Positions 15,276-28,639 of a stretch of 64,000 bases of DNA are shown in pieces. Within the stretch, counting starts at the first letter, position 1, and every line of letters starts with the position of its first letter. The notes under the pieces were generated by a model that did not search any database, was not told the DNA's origin, and saw only the letters and a list, made by a program, of their open reading frames with translations. The position numbers were made by a program, and so were the translations under genes. The DNA is from Chrysomallon squamiferum (taxonomy: Eukaryota > Animalia > Mollusca): assembly GCA_012295275.1 (NCBI GenBank), contig CM022674.1:11780001-11844000 (forward strand), in the 5' to 3' direction.

Positions 15276-15559
15276 TTTCGATAACATATGGGCACTATAA
15301 TGTTACAATTCTGCCTGATATTGTTCGTAATTTATTTATTATTGTTGTTGTTTATTTATTTATTATTATTATTTATTTATTTATTTATTTATTTGTTTAT
15401 TTATTTTTTAAACACAGGGTAGTTTTTACTTTACCTGTATTATTGTTAACTTTACAGATCTGCAGAAAATAAAAATTCCGTTTTTTTGGTTTTATTATTA
15501 TTCTTTTTTGTTGTTGTTGTTGTTGTTGTTGTTGTTCGTTTTCGTGTTTTTTTTCTTTG

Positions 15560-17600
15560 AATTGTTTTAATGCCTTAAATACAAGATACTGAGAATCTTA
15601 ATATCCACCACACACCACCAAGTATCCTTGAATAGGGGTTTGTTCTGCTTGCTTCATTTCCATATCAAACATAATTGTGAAGTAGAATTATAACACATGC
15701 CTCAACAAACCAAGTAAAATTATTATTATTATTTTTTTTTTTTACCAAAAATGCTACAGAAATGGATGCTTTGTTAAATATTAATGTCTTTACCGAGTAA
15801 TTTTTTTTTTTTTTTTTTTTTTATTTTTTTTTTTTTTTTCACTGCCGTGGCAGTTCATAATTACTTGGTATATCTGTTTTTATTATTTTAATTTAGAGTT
15901 ATTTTGTTTTTTAAAACAATTCACCTCTTGACATCCAGTTACTCAGATGTCCTTCCATCATATAACAATAAAAGATCGTGAAATTCAAGTCTACCCCAGC
16001 CTTGTTCTCTAAGCACACTGTTAATAGATTGAGTAAACAGATTTATTATTTTTTAAATTGATTTTAGTTGTTTTAAACATGATATTTGGTACAACCATTA
16101 TCTTACCTATTGTAGAGCTTTTGTTGCTGATCTTGTGAAAAACATGACACCAGTTACTTTATTAATATGTCACCTAAAACATATATGTAATGAAGCCAAT
16201 CCAGTAATCACTAATTATGTTCATCACTGTTAAAGTTCTAATCAGTACATATCTTTTGCATGAATTTCACTATAAATTTAATGTCTTTTAGCATCTTTTC
16301 TTTGAAATCTCTGCACCAGTATTTCTTTCTTTTATAACGTTTTTCTTTTTTATTATTATTTTTTTTTTTTTTTTTTATTTTTGTAGAAATAGTAATCCAA
16401 TTTTATTTTATCAGTTTTTGTCATATGTCTCTGTAAATGATAGCTTGGCATAATAAATATTAATATTTATAATAATAATAATATAAAAGTCTCTTTATTT
16501 TTAATTTAAATGGAAGGCATAAAAATAATAAAACAAGTCTGTATATATAAAGAAGTAACAAATATTTGGTTTATGATTATACCAATTCTATTGACATAAG
16601 AAAAACAAGTATAATACAAAAAAGAGTAACATCCAGTATAACTTTTAGTCAGTGTTTTTAATAAAATGATAGTTATCCAGAGCTAAGTATATTAGACTTT
16701 ATTTCGTGTCAGTCTTTGCTAAAACATAGATAATGATTGATAAAACCATAGTAAGATAGACACATAAGAATTTCTTGTGTTTGTTTTATTTGTTTTTGTT
16801 AACTTACCTTTTCTGACAATAAATTATAAAAATAACAGAAAAGGATTTTCAGAATATACACCACGAAGTAACACGATTATAATAATTTTAATAATACAAG
16901 AAAAGCAAATGTGACATAGTTACAATATAAGCTAACAACATAAAGTATGGTCTTCATTTATTAAGAAGCTTGGATATATCCAAGTAATAAAATTAAATTT
17001 TAATAGTTGGAAGTCATTGCTGAATCAAAGACAGTGATTAACAATTATTAATAAAACGACAGTAAACAGAAGTATACAAAATGTGCTTTATTTGTTTGTA
17101 AGGATTAGTAAACAAAAATCCCTTTTTATCTTTTTTAAAATTATTGTTTCATATATAATTGTTTTTGAAAAGTGTATCTTTGGGACTGCAAGATCACTTT
17201 AATTTATTAGTAATAGTTAGTCTGTGCCTTGGTGTAAGCTTTTCAGTTTCAGTCATAAAGCCTAGCAAACTGAGTTATTGCGTTGAAGAAATTTCTTTTT
17301 CCTTTTGGACATTCTATTACTGGATATAGTTCCTAACTAGTGAAATGAAGGTCACCAATGTTGCATACAAATTTAGTTAATACACGAAATAAAACTACAC
17401 TTTTAAAATTATTTTATTTTGTTTAAAAAAAAGAAGAAAAAAAGAAATGCGTATTATAGATATCAGTTTCCATATTTTTTTGTGAACTTTTACACTAATA
17501 TTCAAGCTTATAATCTTATTAAGATATAATCGTTTACAATGCCTTTATAAACATACATATATAATCCTAGGCGTATCCTTAACACATATATAACCAACCC
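15560..17600 (+). repeat. Segmental duplicate of the LPP 3' UTR/downstream region (~6810-10650, with deletions)
   Basis: Shared blocks, e.g. GTGGCAGTTCATAATTACTTGGTATATCTG..AAAACAATTCACCTCTTGACATCCAGTTACTC at ~7357, ~15848 and ~30919. Confidence 0.85.
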
Positions 17601-17658
17601 AGTTCTTCAGATTGTTACAGTAAATAATAATAATAGCAATAATAATAATAATAATTTT

Positions 17659-17727
<69 letters not shown>

Positions 17728-18217
17728 TATCTTTAAGACTGAGCAGTATACAGAATGTGTGGAAAAAAAAGTATGTTTGTATTGTAATTAGACTATGAGT
17801 TACGGGACTTGATTTGCAAAAACACATATTAATAGCAATAGTAAAAATATTTTGATTCTAATTTCGTATGAAATGAAGTCTAAGCTATTTCGGACCGGTC
17901 TGCTTTCGTACTGTTATCTGTTAATGTTTCATCTCCATTGTTTTGGTCGTCTGTTACTAATCTCGTCATTGACGGCAGGGACATAGGATATGACGGCATT
18001 TGCAGAAGCCGAACCAGCGCCATTTTCTGATTTATCTAGTTCCGGACCACCGTTGTCTTCTTCGTTTTCTTCAACACTGCTTTTTCCAGTTTTCACTCGG
18101 ACATATTTTTTAATGGACTTGAAGAACGTGGCGATTTGTCGTTTTCTGTGTGAAGAAAACAGGACGATTTTAGTTGCACGATTTCAATAACATTTACAAT
18201 ATATGCAGACGTATATT

Positions 18218-18250
<33 letters not shown>

Positions 18251-18871
18251 CAGCCATGGAGCAAGATATTTAACGCATAAATTAACTACAATGAAAATGT
18301 ACAAAATGATAAGAGGCAGGGTAGTTAAAACACATTTTCCTATAATAAATAATAGAAGAAAAAGATTACAGGAACTTTTCTTTTGTTTCTGTCTTCTTCT
18401 TCTGACTACTAATGCTACTTTTCTGCTATTATTACTACTACTGCAGTCTCGACTATGACAACTGATATTTAATACTGCTTCAGCTACTAACACTTCTACT
18501 TCAATGATAATAATTACTGTTACTATTACTATTAAAATGTTATTTTTATAATTTGGTTTTAATTAATACTAATTATAATAACAGAACAAGACGTCGTCGG
18601 GCATGTACCGATGAAGACATTTCCCGTTTTTGCCTTGACGTCATTTCGTACATGCATTTTAATGACAAATCTAAACTACAGGACAGATATCAATGATTTA
18701 CTCTCTGAGTTCAGTTTCATTCTATCTTCCACAATACGAAATGACGTCACGATCAAAATTAAAATTCAACTAGGCTTTGTCTTCGTTATGTTTTTAGCAT
18801 TTAATAAATATTGGTCGCCATAAACCATTAAAGTAATAGCAATGACTACTAAGAGGAAACATTTATAATGA

Positions 18872-18909
<38 letters not shown>

Positions 18910-19269
18910 AACAAAAGTTTAGTAAATAAATTTACTTTTCTGATGCAACTTTGGTTGACTCAGTCTGAATAGTATCCACCTCTGCGTGACTCTTTTGTGA
19001 GGATGTATTTTCCTCTGCTGAACTGAGATCCACCGTACAAGCATCGATACGTCTGTCTACGTTCGATTCTAACTGTTTGAAATTTATCAACTCTGTGTTA
19101 TTTCTGAATACAAACTTTCTTTTCTTGCGATAGCGGTGTTGAAAAAGGACAAATATTAAAATGAACAGTAGGATGAATGATACACTGAGCGACAAAGAAA
19201 ATGCCAAAGCTCCCTGTCTTCCGAACATGCATTCGGTTGTCGATGTGGTGTTGTATGTTGTGGTTGTAA

Positions 19270-20100
19270 TTTGTGAAGTTGACTCAGTTGATGAAGTTGC
19301 CTGTGTGGTTTCAGGTGTTGCAAAAGTAGTCTGTGTTGTTGACTCAGTTGATGGATTTGCCTGTGTGGTTTCAGGTGCCGTGGTATCAGTCTGTGTTTGA
19401 TGAAAAGGTGCCGTGGTATCAGTCTGTGTTGTTGACTCAGTTGATGGAGTTGCCTGTGTGGTTTCAGGTGCCGTGGTATCAGTCTGTGTTGTTGACTCAG
19501 TTGATGAAGTTGCCTGTGTGGTTTCAGGTGTTGTAAAAGTAGTCTGTGTACTTGACTCAGTTGATGGATTTGCCTGTGTGGTTTCAGGTGCCGTGGTATC
19601 AGTCTGTGTTGTTGACTCAGTTGATGGAGTTGCCTGTGTGGTTTCAGGTGCCGTGGTATCAGTCTCTGTTGTTGACTCATTTGATGGAGTTGCCTGTGTG
19701 GTTTCAGGTGCCGTGGTATCAGTCTGTGTTGTTGACTCAGTTGACTCAGTTGATGAAGTTGCCTGTGTGGTTTCAGGTGCCGTGGTATCAGTCTGTGAAG
19801 TTGACTCATTCGATGAAGTTGCCCGTCTGGTTTTAGTTGCCGTTGTATCAGTCTCTGAATTAGACTCAGCTAATGAAGTTGCCCGTGTTGTTTTAGGTGC
19901 CATGGTAACAGCCTGTGAAGTTGACTCAGTTGATGAAGTTGCCTGTGTGGTTTTAGGTGCCGTAGTAACAGCCTGTGAAGTTGACTCAGTTGATGAAGTT
20001 GCCTGTGTGGTTTTAGGTGCCGTGGTAAATCTGTGAAGTTGACTCAGTTGATGAAGTTGCCTGTTTGGTTTTAGGTGTCGTGGAAGTAGTCTGTGGAGAT
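19270..20100 (-). repeat. 60-bp coding minisatellite (20-aa unit TTQTDTTAPETTQATPSTES), ~13 copies
   Basis: GTTGACTCAGTTGATG(G/A)AGTTGCCTGTGTGGTTTCAGGTGCCGTGGTATCAGTCTGTGTT recurs every 60 bp. Confidence 0.95.
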
Positions 20101-20959
20101 GATGAAGACAAAGAAGTTGCCGATGAAGGTTCTGCATCTTGAAACCACAATGACAGATTGCTTACAAGGAGAACTAAATTTAATAGGAAAACATCATTTT
20201 GATTGTTGTTGTTTTTATTGTTGTTATTGTGTTGAATTAAAATAAATAAATAAATAAACAGGATTTAAAAGCGGACACAAGCACACATTAATCTGAATAT
20301 AAAAGAGTATTAGCATTATCTTCGTTTTCATTTTATTTTATTTTTTAAATTTTCTCTCTGTTTTACATTACATAACATAATCAGACTGATTTTATTTAAC
20401 ATACAGGTTGGACTGGGAAATAATGGTTAAAATTTTTTAAAACTTTATTAAGAAACCTGCATATTAAATAGACTGTCAAAGTACTGATGACATACATCTC
20501 ATCTTACAAATGATTTTTTTTAACTTTTTTGCGATATATATGAATGTATGTGCACGCATTCGTGCAACCGCATACACACGCATATATACAAAAACACTCG
20601 CTCACGTTATATCTAAAGTTAAAAACTGTGTTTTGTTACTGATACAATGATGTGGAGTTTAATGGAAGAGCAATCAGAAAACAGTCAGCTTCGTCCGCAT
20701 TCACTGTCACCAGAAAAATAACAATATATGAAAAACATTAACGACAAATTAATTTATTTAGAATACTAAAGCAGTATGTATATATATGTAAGTGGATGTG
20801 TGAATATGTATGTATGTATATATGTATATGTATATATGTATATATATATATATACATACTTTATTTTATTTTCACTTAGTGTACACCAGGAACAGAAGAA
20901 AATAATTTAAATGTTTGAAGTGATGATTTAATAAATATAAGTGATAGATCAGCGCTCCC

Positions 20960-21582
20960 GATCCAGCCGATATCACATGACTGATTAATACAGCCAATAT
21001 CACATGAATGATTAATACAGCCGATATCACATGATTGATTAATACAGCCGATATCACACGACTGATTAATCCAGTCGATATCACACGACTGATTAATACA
21101 GCCGATATCACATGAATGATTAATACAGCCGATATCACATGATTGATTAATACAGCCGATATCACATGATTGATTAATCCAGTCGATATCAGATGACTGA
21201 TTAATCCAGTCGATATCACACGAATGATTAATACAGCCGATATCACATGAATGATTAATACAGCCGATATCACATGACTGATTAATCCAGTCGATATCAC
21301 ATGACTGATTAATACAGTCGATATCACATGATTGATTAATACAGCCGATATCACATGACTGATTAATACAGCCGATATCACATGACTGATTAATACAGCC
21401 GATATCACACGACTGATTAATACAGCCGATATCACACGACTGATTAATACAGCCGATATCACACGACTGATTAATACAGTCGATATCACATGATTGATTA
21501 ATACAGCCGATATCACATGACTGATTAATACAGCCGATATCACATGACTGATTAATACAGCCGATATCACACGACTGATTAC
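20960..21582. repeat. 27-bp intronic minisatellite, ~23 copies (CAGCCGATATCACATGACTGATTAATA)
   Basis: Direct reading; the ORF track shows 9-aa periodicity. Confidence 0.95.
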
Positions 21583-21801
21583 TCAAAGAGCAAGGAATAT
21601 ATAAACTTCTTTCTTTTACCCCGTCTTTAATTTACTGATAAAAGTTGACCTGCTGCTAAAAACAGAGTTACCCACGGATTAGTGACAGTTCGTTTTCTCG
21701 CCTGTTATCATTACTGTTAATCTGTGTTTCTCGACTTCTGACGTTATTGCATGTACTCACAGCGATAGGCATATATTTAACTTTCATTATAAGATTAATT
21801 T

Positions 21802-21869
<68 letters not shown>

Positions 21870-22188
21870 AATAAATAAATAATATATTTATTTGTTTATT
21901 TTGAGTCAGATACATGTGTGCGTGTGTGTGTGTGTATATAATTATCTATATAACTGTATGTACGTACCACATTATCTCCTCCTATGTACTAATTGTCTAT
22001 ATATGTATGTGTGTATATATGTGAATACGTGTGTATTAGATGTATCTTTTGTGCCAGACTGACTTGTTACTGATTACTCTAATAAATAAATATTCACGTT
22101 ATTCATAATAATAATCACTTAATTAAAAATCTCTTAAATAAATGAACAAATAAATTAAAAACCAGTATTACAAATAACAACAACAACA

Positions 22189-22237
<49 letters not shown>

Positions 22238-22884
22238 TAATAAAATCCTCATGATGATAATTATTATCATCATCATCATTATTGTTTTTATCAACATCAT
22301 CATCATACTTAAAATATAATGAAAAATAAAAATAATATTATATTAAACTCACGGATTCCAAGCAAAATTATAGTAAAAATGTTTGCCATTTTAGTAAATT
22401 ATGTGGAGTAATATCCAGTTCGATATCTGTGTTAAAAAGTGACGAAGAGGAAACACTAAGACTCGTTTTCAATTAATGATAGATCTATTTTAATGACGTC
22501 ACTAAAATCCTTTCTTAATCTCCGTCACGGTGTCTATTAATCATCTATATAAGACATATGAAATACGAGTGTTTTAATCCACTTGAAAAACAATAGTCAA
22601 TTGTTTTATAGTACGATCACCTTTGTTATTCCAAACAGTATTTTGACGCATTACTAATATATATATATATATAACAATACGTTTGTATGTACGTACGTTC
22701 GTATAACTGTTATACTTTCCACGCGTTATGTTAAATGGAATTAATTATTTTTGTTATATAAATTAATTGTATGTAACATAGAGAGAGACAGAGAGAGAGA
22801 GAAATTACTGACTTGAACTGTTTTCTATTTCTTTGTTTTCTTTCTCGTTAACAACAATACATTTATTAATTTTTCTTTTGATAT

Positions 22885-25800
22885 TACAGATTTATCGCAC
22901 ATCAGTTATTTCAAACAAATAGTTCCCAGTTTCAATAGCAGTTTAAACTTCTAAAGTATTAAACATATTCACTTTTATTATAAAACAAAGCATATGTGTT
23001 TCAGAACTATAGCAAAAATTGAATTTCAGATATATAATGCAATTAGTTTGTTATACTTTATTGAATTTATTCCGCATTGGACATATTATTAGCTAGCTCA
23101 GTAGCGGCGATACAGAAAAATCAAATTTAAAAAATATTTTTATTCTGTCGTATTCTTCTCAGGTTTAATACTTGATAATTAATCTGTTTTATAATTCTTA
23201 TTCTTGCTTCGTACGGATCATTTATTGTTTTAAATGCCTGCAGTGTTAATACAGAATAGTAAATTTTGAAATGTCATATACTTCCCTATTAGAGTGAAGA
23301 AATTTGCAGATACAGGCTTAATTATTTTAAAAATATATTTAAGAACACAGATCTTAACTGTTAGGAATGATATTTTAAATTGACGGTACAACTTAGGGCA
23401 ACCTACAGCATAATATATACAGGAAATTTCTATAAGATAAGAGCGTGACGAGAAAGGATAATTATATTCCTTTAACAGGAAATGTCAATTTAGGCTGTAT
23501 CAGGCAGATAAAGTAATACAACAGATTTGACCTAGCTTGGATCGGAAGTAATTTAAACCGGCAAACCGTTAAGACGTTGGCTAAAGATTTTTACAACGTG
23601 AACAGAGACGAGACGAAGGCGGTTGCATTTTTACGCAGAAGTGGCCTTGTAAGATGATGAAGAGAATGTCATCCATGTTCAAGTTGTAGTGGAGAAATGA
23701 AGGAAGCTCGAAGAAAAGGGAGAAATGGCGAAATCGATAATTTTAGTCCAATTTATATACTTTTTTACCCTCGTACCTAACAGTTATAAATATATAATAA
23801 AAGGAAAATTTATTTCATTTATGCCGTGAAAAATAATAAAAACCCCAAGAATAAACAAAATAATAATAAAATAATCGCGTAGAATCACATAGCAAAGTAG
23901 AATTTGCTCGTTGCAGATCACTAGTAGAACACACACACACACCAAAGTAGCACCAAACTGACTACATAAACCACTGAATTGTGTCCGACAGACAGAATTA
24001 AATACTGGGGAAACTCAGTAGATGTGGTCTAATCCATAGTAGATAGTATTTACTGCCTGAAGAGAATACAAAAGAAATCAATGTTACATATATTGCAGTA
24101 TCCTAATCTTTTCTCTTCTTAGGAATGTTGAAAGTGTGGCCTCTACTGCACATTTGTGTGTTATTACATTTTGTTTCTAATTTATTTTAGGTTAGAATCT
24201 AGAAAGTTTTCAACACATTAATTTGTGTAGGTAATGTTCTTTCTGTTTATGTTTTTACCTATCAGTAATTCAAACAAGCGTTATTTGTGTGTATATGTTC
24301 TCACCGATTTACAATAAACTATCATTTCTACTACTTGTTATCAGCAGATCATAAGCAGATTCTCAACATTCAGATTTGTTTCTCAGGTTTCATTGTCTGT
24401 TTTTTTAAAATAATATTATGATAAGTTGTAGCAATTCTGATATTTCTTCACTTTATTTTTGTAGTGTATGAAAAGTGGTTAATATCAATCATTTCTTGTA
24501 ATTCCTTATCCAGAGTTGGATTGTGGTGTGACCTTTGGATGGAATGACACACTTCGTGTATTTATATGTTTTGCTTTTATATAAGATCAGTGTTCATATA
24601 CTTGGCTGACAGAAGATATTTTTTTGTCAGATCCTGTGTTTTTGACAATACCTCAACAAAACATTTTGGACTTATATGTCAGATGGGGATCAGACTTGTG
24701 AGGAGAAGCACACATGGGGACAATGTTTGTGATGCACAACAAGATGATACCTCTGATGACTGTAGTGATAGTGAAGAAGGGAAAGTGAAGAAGACAAAAT
24801 CTCAAGTAAGATGCATTAATGCTTTATCACACACACACATACTCACACACGTATATAATTACATTTAGTTAAAAACTACTTCAAACTCTTTATTACATTT
24901 ATAAGCCACATATTTTGAAAGGTACATGTCTGACACACATTTCTGCTGTCAGTTCTTTTATTGAGATAAACATTTATTTGTTAAGAAAAACAAGGGTAAT
25001 AAAATCATTAAAAAAAGTATTGTTACATTGATTCATTTGTTATATATTTTCAGTTGTTTACCTTCCTTTGCATTTGTTTATGTTCCTTACAGGTAACCAC
25101 AATTAATAACCAAAATATGGTGGTAAATTTCTCACGTATCAGTTAGTTCAGTTTTATGATGGGATTGTACTTTTGCTGTAGTGGGTTTTTTTTTATAGTT
25201 ATGATTGCAGTAAATAAATAACTAAGTAATTTTGTGTGATTTACAAAGTCATGCAGACTGACATAGTTCATCGTTACAAGTCAAAAGTGATAATGTTCAA
25301 ATAAAGAATTCATTCATAGTTAGTGTCCTTTGGTGATATGAACATAATTTTCACATATATTTTATTCTTACAAGATATGTTTTATTTTGGGGTTTTTAAA
25401 TTATTTTTTGATCTTTCTGTGATTTTATATATATATGAATATATTAGTCTTGATATTAAAGTCTCCTTTTTATTTTTGTTCTAAAGTTTGTGCATTTTAT
25501 TCTAAAGATTGTTTTCATCTGTTAGAATAAATATAATTAGACAAATATGTGATTCTGTTATGATTCATTTACACTTTATGAAAAATACGTGTTTAAGATG
25601 CATTTTTTTTTTTTTTTTTACATTTTTACATACAATTTAATGCCAGTAATGATCATTTATTTAACCTTTGTTTTCTATTGCAAAACAACAAAACTTGAGC
25701 CCTTAATACGATAGAGTATTGTTAAAAAATCTATTATGTTTTCTTTAAAGAAAATACTTCTTGTCAGTATAACTTCACATTTTTCTAGTTCATTCTCACA

Positions 25801-28500
25801 AAATATATTTATTTATATTTATACATGTTTGTGTGGTTGTTTAGCTTTCTGTTTTTCTCATTTTATTATTTTATAACCATCATCCATATTTATTTCTAAT
25901 CCTCTTATAGTTTACATAAGTTTAGACTAACCCAGACAAATATGAAAAAAGGTTTACATCAGTGCTACTCCTTTATTTATATCTTTCTCAGTGACATATT
26001 ACTGTATACCAATATATATATTTTTTTTCTCCTTTTTTTCTCATTTCCTAGTAAACAAACATTTCATGTGAAATTATAATTTCTTTTCAGTTTGATGGGA
26101 CTTGATTTGGGAATAAATACTGTTTATTTGCAAGCTAAGATTATGCTGTATGGAAGTAATGTATGTATTATTTTGATCTGCATATTTTTCATCAAATTAT
26201 CCACTATTTAACTTAACAAACCCTGAAACAAAAATGTGTTATCCATTGTAATATTAGTTGTGTACAGAGCAGCTTTGATTGCAGAAAAAGGAAAGGTGCA
26301 ACTTTATTCAGACTGACTGAAATAAATGTGACTAATAAAAGGATATTATATATATATATATATACATTTTTTAAAACTGTTTCTTCTTTTTCCACATAAA
26401 TCTACTTCTGTTGTATTGCAGAATATCAATCATGAAGTGGAGGAAAGAAAACTTCAAATGAGAAAAAGAAAAAGAGTGAGTTATGTAAGTTGGACTATAG
26501 AAAGATAGGGCACCATTTACAGGCACTTTGAGCAGGAGAAAAAGTCTGGCCCTTTACAAAGAAGACTTCACTGGGAACAGCCAGAAAGAGATTGATGATG
26601 GCTAAAAATTTGAAGAATAGAAAAACACTGCATGTAATTTGGATGGAAAATCACTTATGTTTGTGGAATTTGTAACTAAAGAATTTTTTTTAAGATGCTG
26701 ACAATTTAACCCAAATTTTGAGGGAACTTTTTTAATAATAATAATAATAATGAAAAATATGTTATACCCTATTGCAATAAAAGAACAACAATCTGAAACT
26801 TTTGTCATGACAGAACTTGTTTTTCTTAAATATTATAGCTTTATGATGCAATATTTTCCATGTAAATACAATGTTATAACTTCAGTGATATCTTTACAGA
26901 AATAATTTTATATTACATTTATTAAATATAAATTTTGTAAATTCAATTATTTAAACTATATTTTTATGTGAAATTAAGTCAAAATAAATGGTTTTAAAAC
27001 AGATTTCTGTCTTATTTTATAATCAAAGTAGGCCATTCTGAATTAATATTTTAAGGTGTGCATTATGCATGAGGAAACAGACCAACATTGATATTCTGGG
27101 GTGGGAATTGCCTTGTATGTTGTGCTTGATTCACACAGTGAAACTTTCTTGATGGACCTGATTATATTTCGGTGAACAGATCTCGTATTTATTTACGTTT
27201 GTTACAAATTGCTATTATTATTTAACAAGACAACTGGAGGCCAGATATTAATTGTTGGCTATTAATTATCACATTAATATTTGTAATCTGAACATAATCT
27301 TAAGAGGAAACTTGCTAAAATTTAATAGATGCTGTAATTAAATAAATTACTGAATGCACTGAATAGGACATTTTATTTTATTTTAAATAATAATGAAAAA
27401 ATGTGGAATTAATTTAAATCTTGGTTAACATAACTATTTTTACACAAATGTTATTTTGAGGTTTAAGGTATTAAAAATAATTATACAAACAGTGTCTTGA
27501 TATGGGTGACAAAACATGAAGTGAAGCTTACATAATTGTAAATAGAAAAAAAAAAGATATAAAACAAACCTACATAATTTATTACACTCAATAAATTACA
27601 AACATCAATATTTTTTCATTTTTCACCTGATCATCTGAACATAACTGATACTCTTCAGGAAGCAGGAAAATTTATAAAATACATTCTGAACCAAATGTTC
27701 CTCCTTTGTTATTGCAGATGTGAATTTTAAAAACAAAATTAAAAAATTAAAAAATCTTATTTATTTCTTTATTTTATCTATTGAGTCTTTCTTGTACAAA
27801 CTCTACTGGAAATGCAACGAACTTTCAGAGACTTCCAGATAGAATGTTTAGTGACATTTGTACCTTCACTGAAAGTAAAATTCTTGACATTAAACACCAT
27901 TTTATTCAGTATTCCACTTTGTCTTAAACTAGTTTCTTTTTTCTTGCTGCTGATCTCTGATGCACAATGGTAATCAAAGCTTGTAATCTTCATAATAAAA
28001 ATAATTTATTTTCCACTGGGGAGGGTGACAACTTTTTACTGTCTTTAATAGGATCCATCATGCCAAAAATAAGCTAATTATTTATTTAAATAATATAGAT
28101 AAATAATAAATTTTGACAGTTCAAAAAAAATAAAATATGTATAAACCATGTTCTGCAATGAGTACTAGGTGCAAAAAGTTCTTTCTTTCATTTTTGTTTT
28201 TGCTTGTTAAAAAGGGGAAAAAAAGGTTTTTTTTTTATTTATAAAAATGCCAAAAATGATATTTCTAAATTTTTTATTGACTAATAAATTAACAAATCAA
28301 AATTTTACAAAAATGTGAAGATGAAAAGTAATAATATTAAATAATACCTAGTATTTACAAAAAGTTAGCAGGCGTTTCCATTTTTTAAAATTATTTTTTT
28401 AAGTATTTAATTATTTTTTGTTGGGGGTAGATATGCCTACTGGTTCTCATAAATTAATGCTGGAATTGAAAAGGAAAAACAATAGCAAATAGAGTTATCT
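22885..28500. mobile_element. ~5.6-kb insertion into the duplicated unit, containing transposon-like relics
   Basis: Sequence left of ~22885 and right of ~28500 aligns nearly contiguously with ~38760-39000 in unit 3, where only ~60 bp intervene. No clear TIR or TSD was seen. Confidence 0.55.
23574..23745 (+). mobile_element. Possible degenerate Merlin/ISXO2-like transposase N-terminal fragment
   Basis: Frame reads TLAKDFYNVNRDETKAVAFLRRSGLVR**RECHPCSSCSGEMKEARRK. This recalls the 'DE..A..FL...GL...C..C.G.M' Zn-finger start of eukaryotic ISXO2/Merlin transposases; it has two stops. Confidence 0.4.
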
Positions 28501-28639
28501 CCTATGATAACTTGTTCTGTTAACCAACCAATAATTATTTGACGTAAATTTCCTGGAAATGTTCGCTGTCTTCACTTTATCTTTCCTGATAATTAAATTA
28601 TTTTTGTTTTCCCGCTAATGAACTGATTAACTTTGAATT

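Larger units (their letters stand above)
17895..22389 (-). pseudogene. Mucin-like paralogue 2 (longest VNTR ectodomain; frameshifted as assembled, tail exons largely deleted)
   Basis: Signal exon 22389-22353 (MANIFTIILLGI); exon 20173-18936 carries the 60-bp T/S repeat and the TM. A 2-nt deletion at ~20027-20031 (CAG ATTTACC vs CAG GCTGTTACC) gives TAA at 20013-20015. Only ~30 bp of the penultimate exon (~18376-18406) and a truncated last exon (~17895-18150) remain. Confidence 0.7.

Noticed and set aside
19156-20036. Overlapping 207-217 aa ORFs in other frames and on the other strand
   Set aside because: Shadow frames of the 60-bp mucin repeat.
18932-20137. 401-aa ORF starting MQNLHRQLL as a complete gene
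   Set aside because: Its N-terminus is the wrong frame upstream of the 2-nt deletion. The true start is the signal exon at 22389.
20872-21586. Cys-rich (INQSCDIGC)n and hydrophobic (ISAVLISHV)n ORFs; CRISPR-like regularity
   Set aside because: These are products of a stop-free 27-bp intronic tandem repeat. There are no unique spacers and no cas genes, and paralogues have only 1-2 units.
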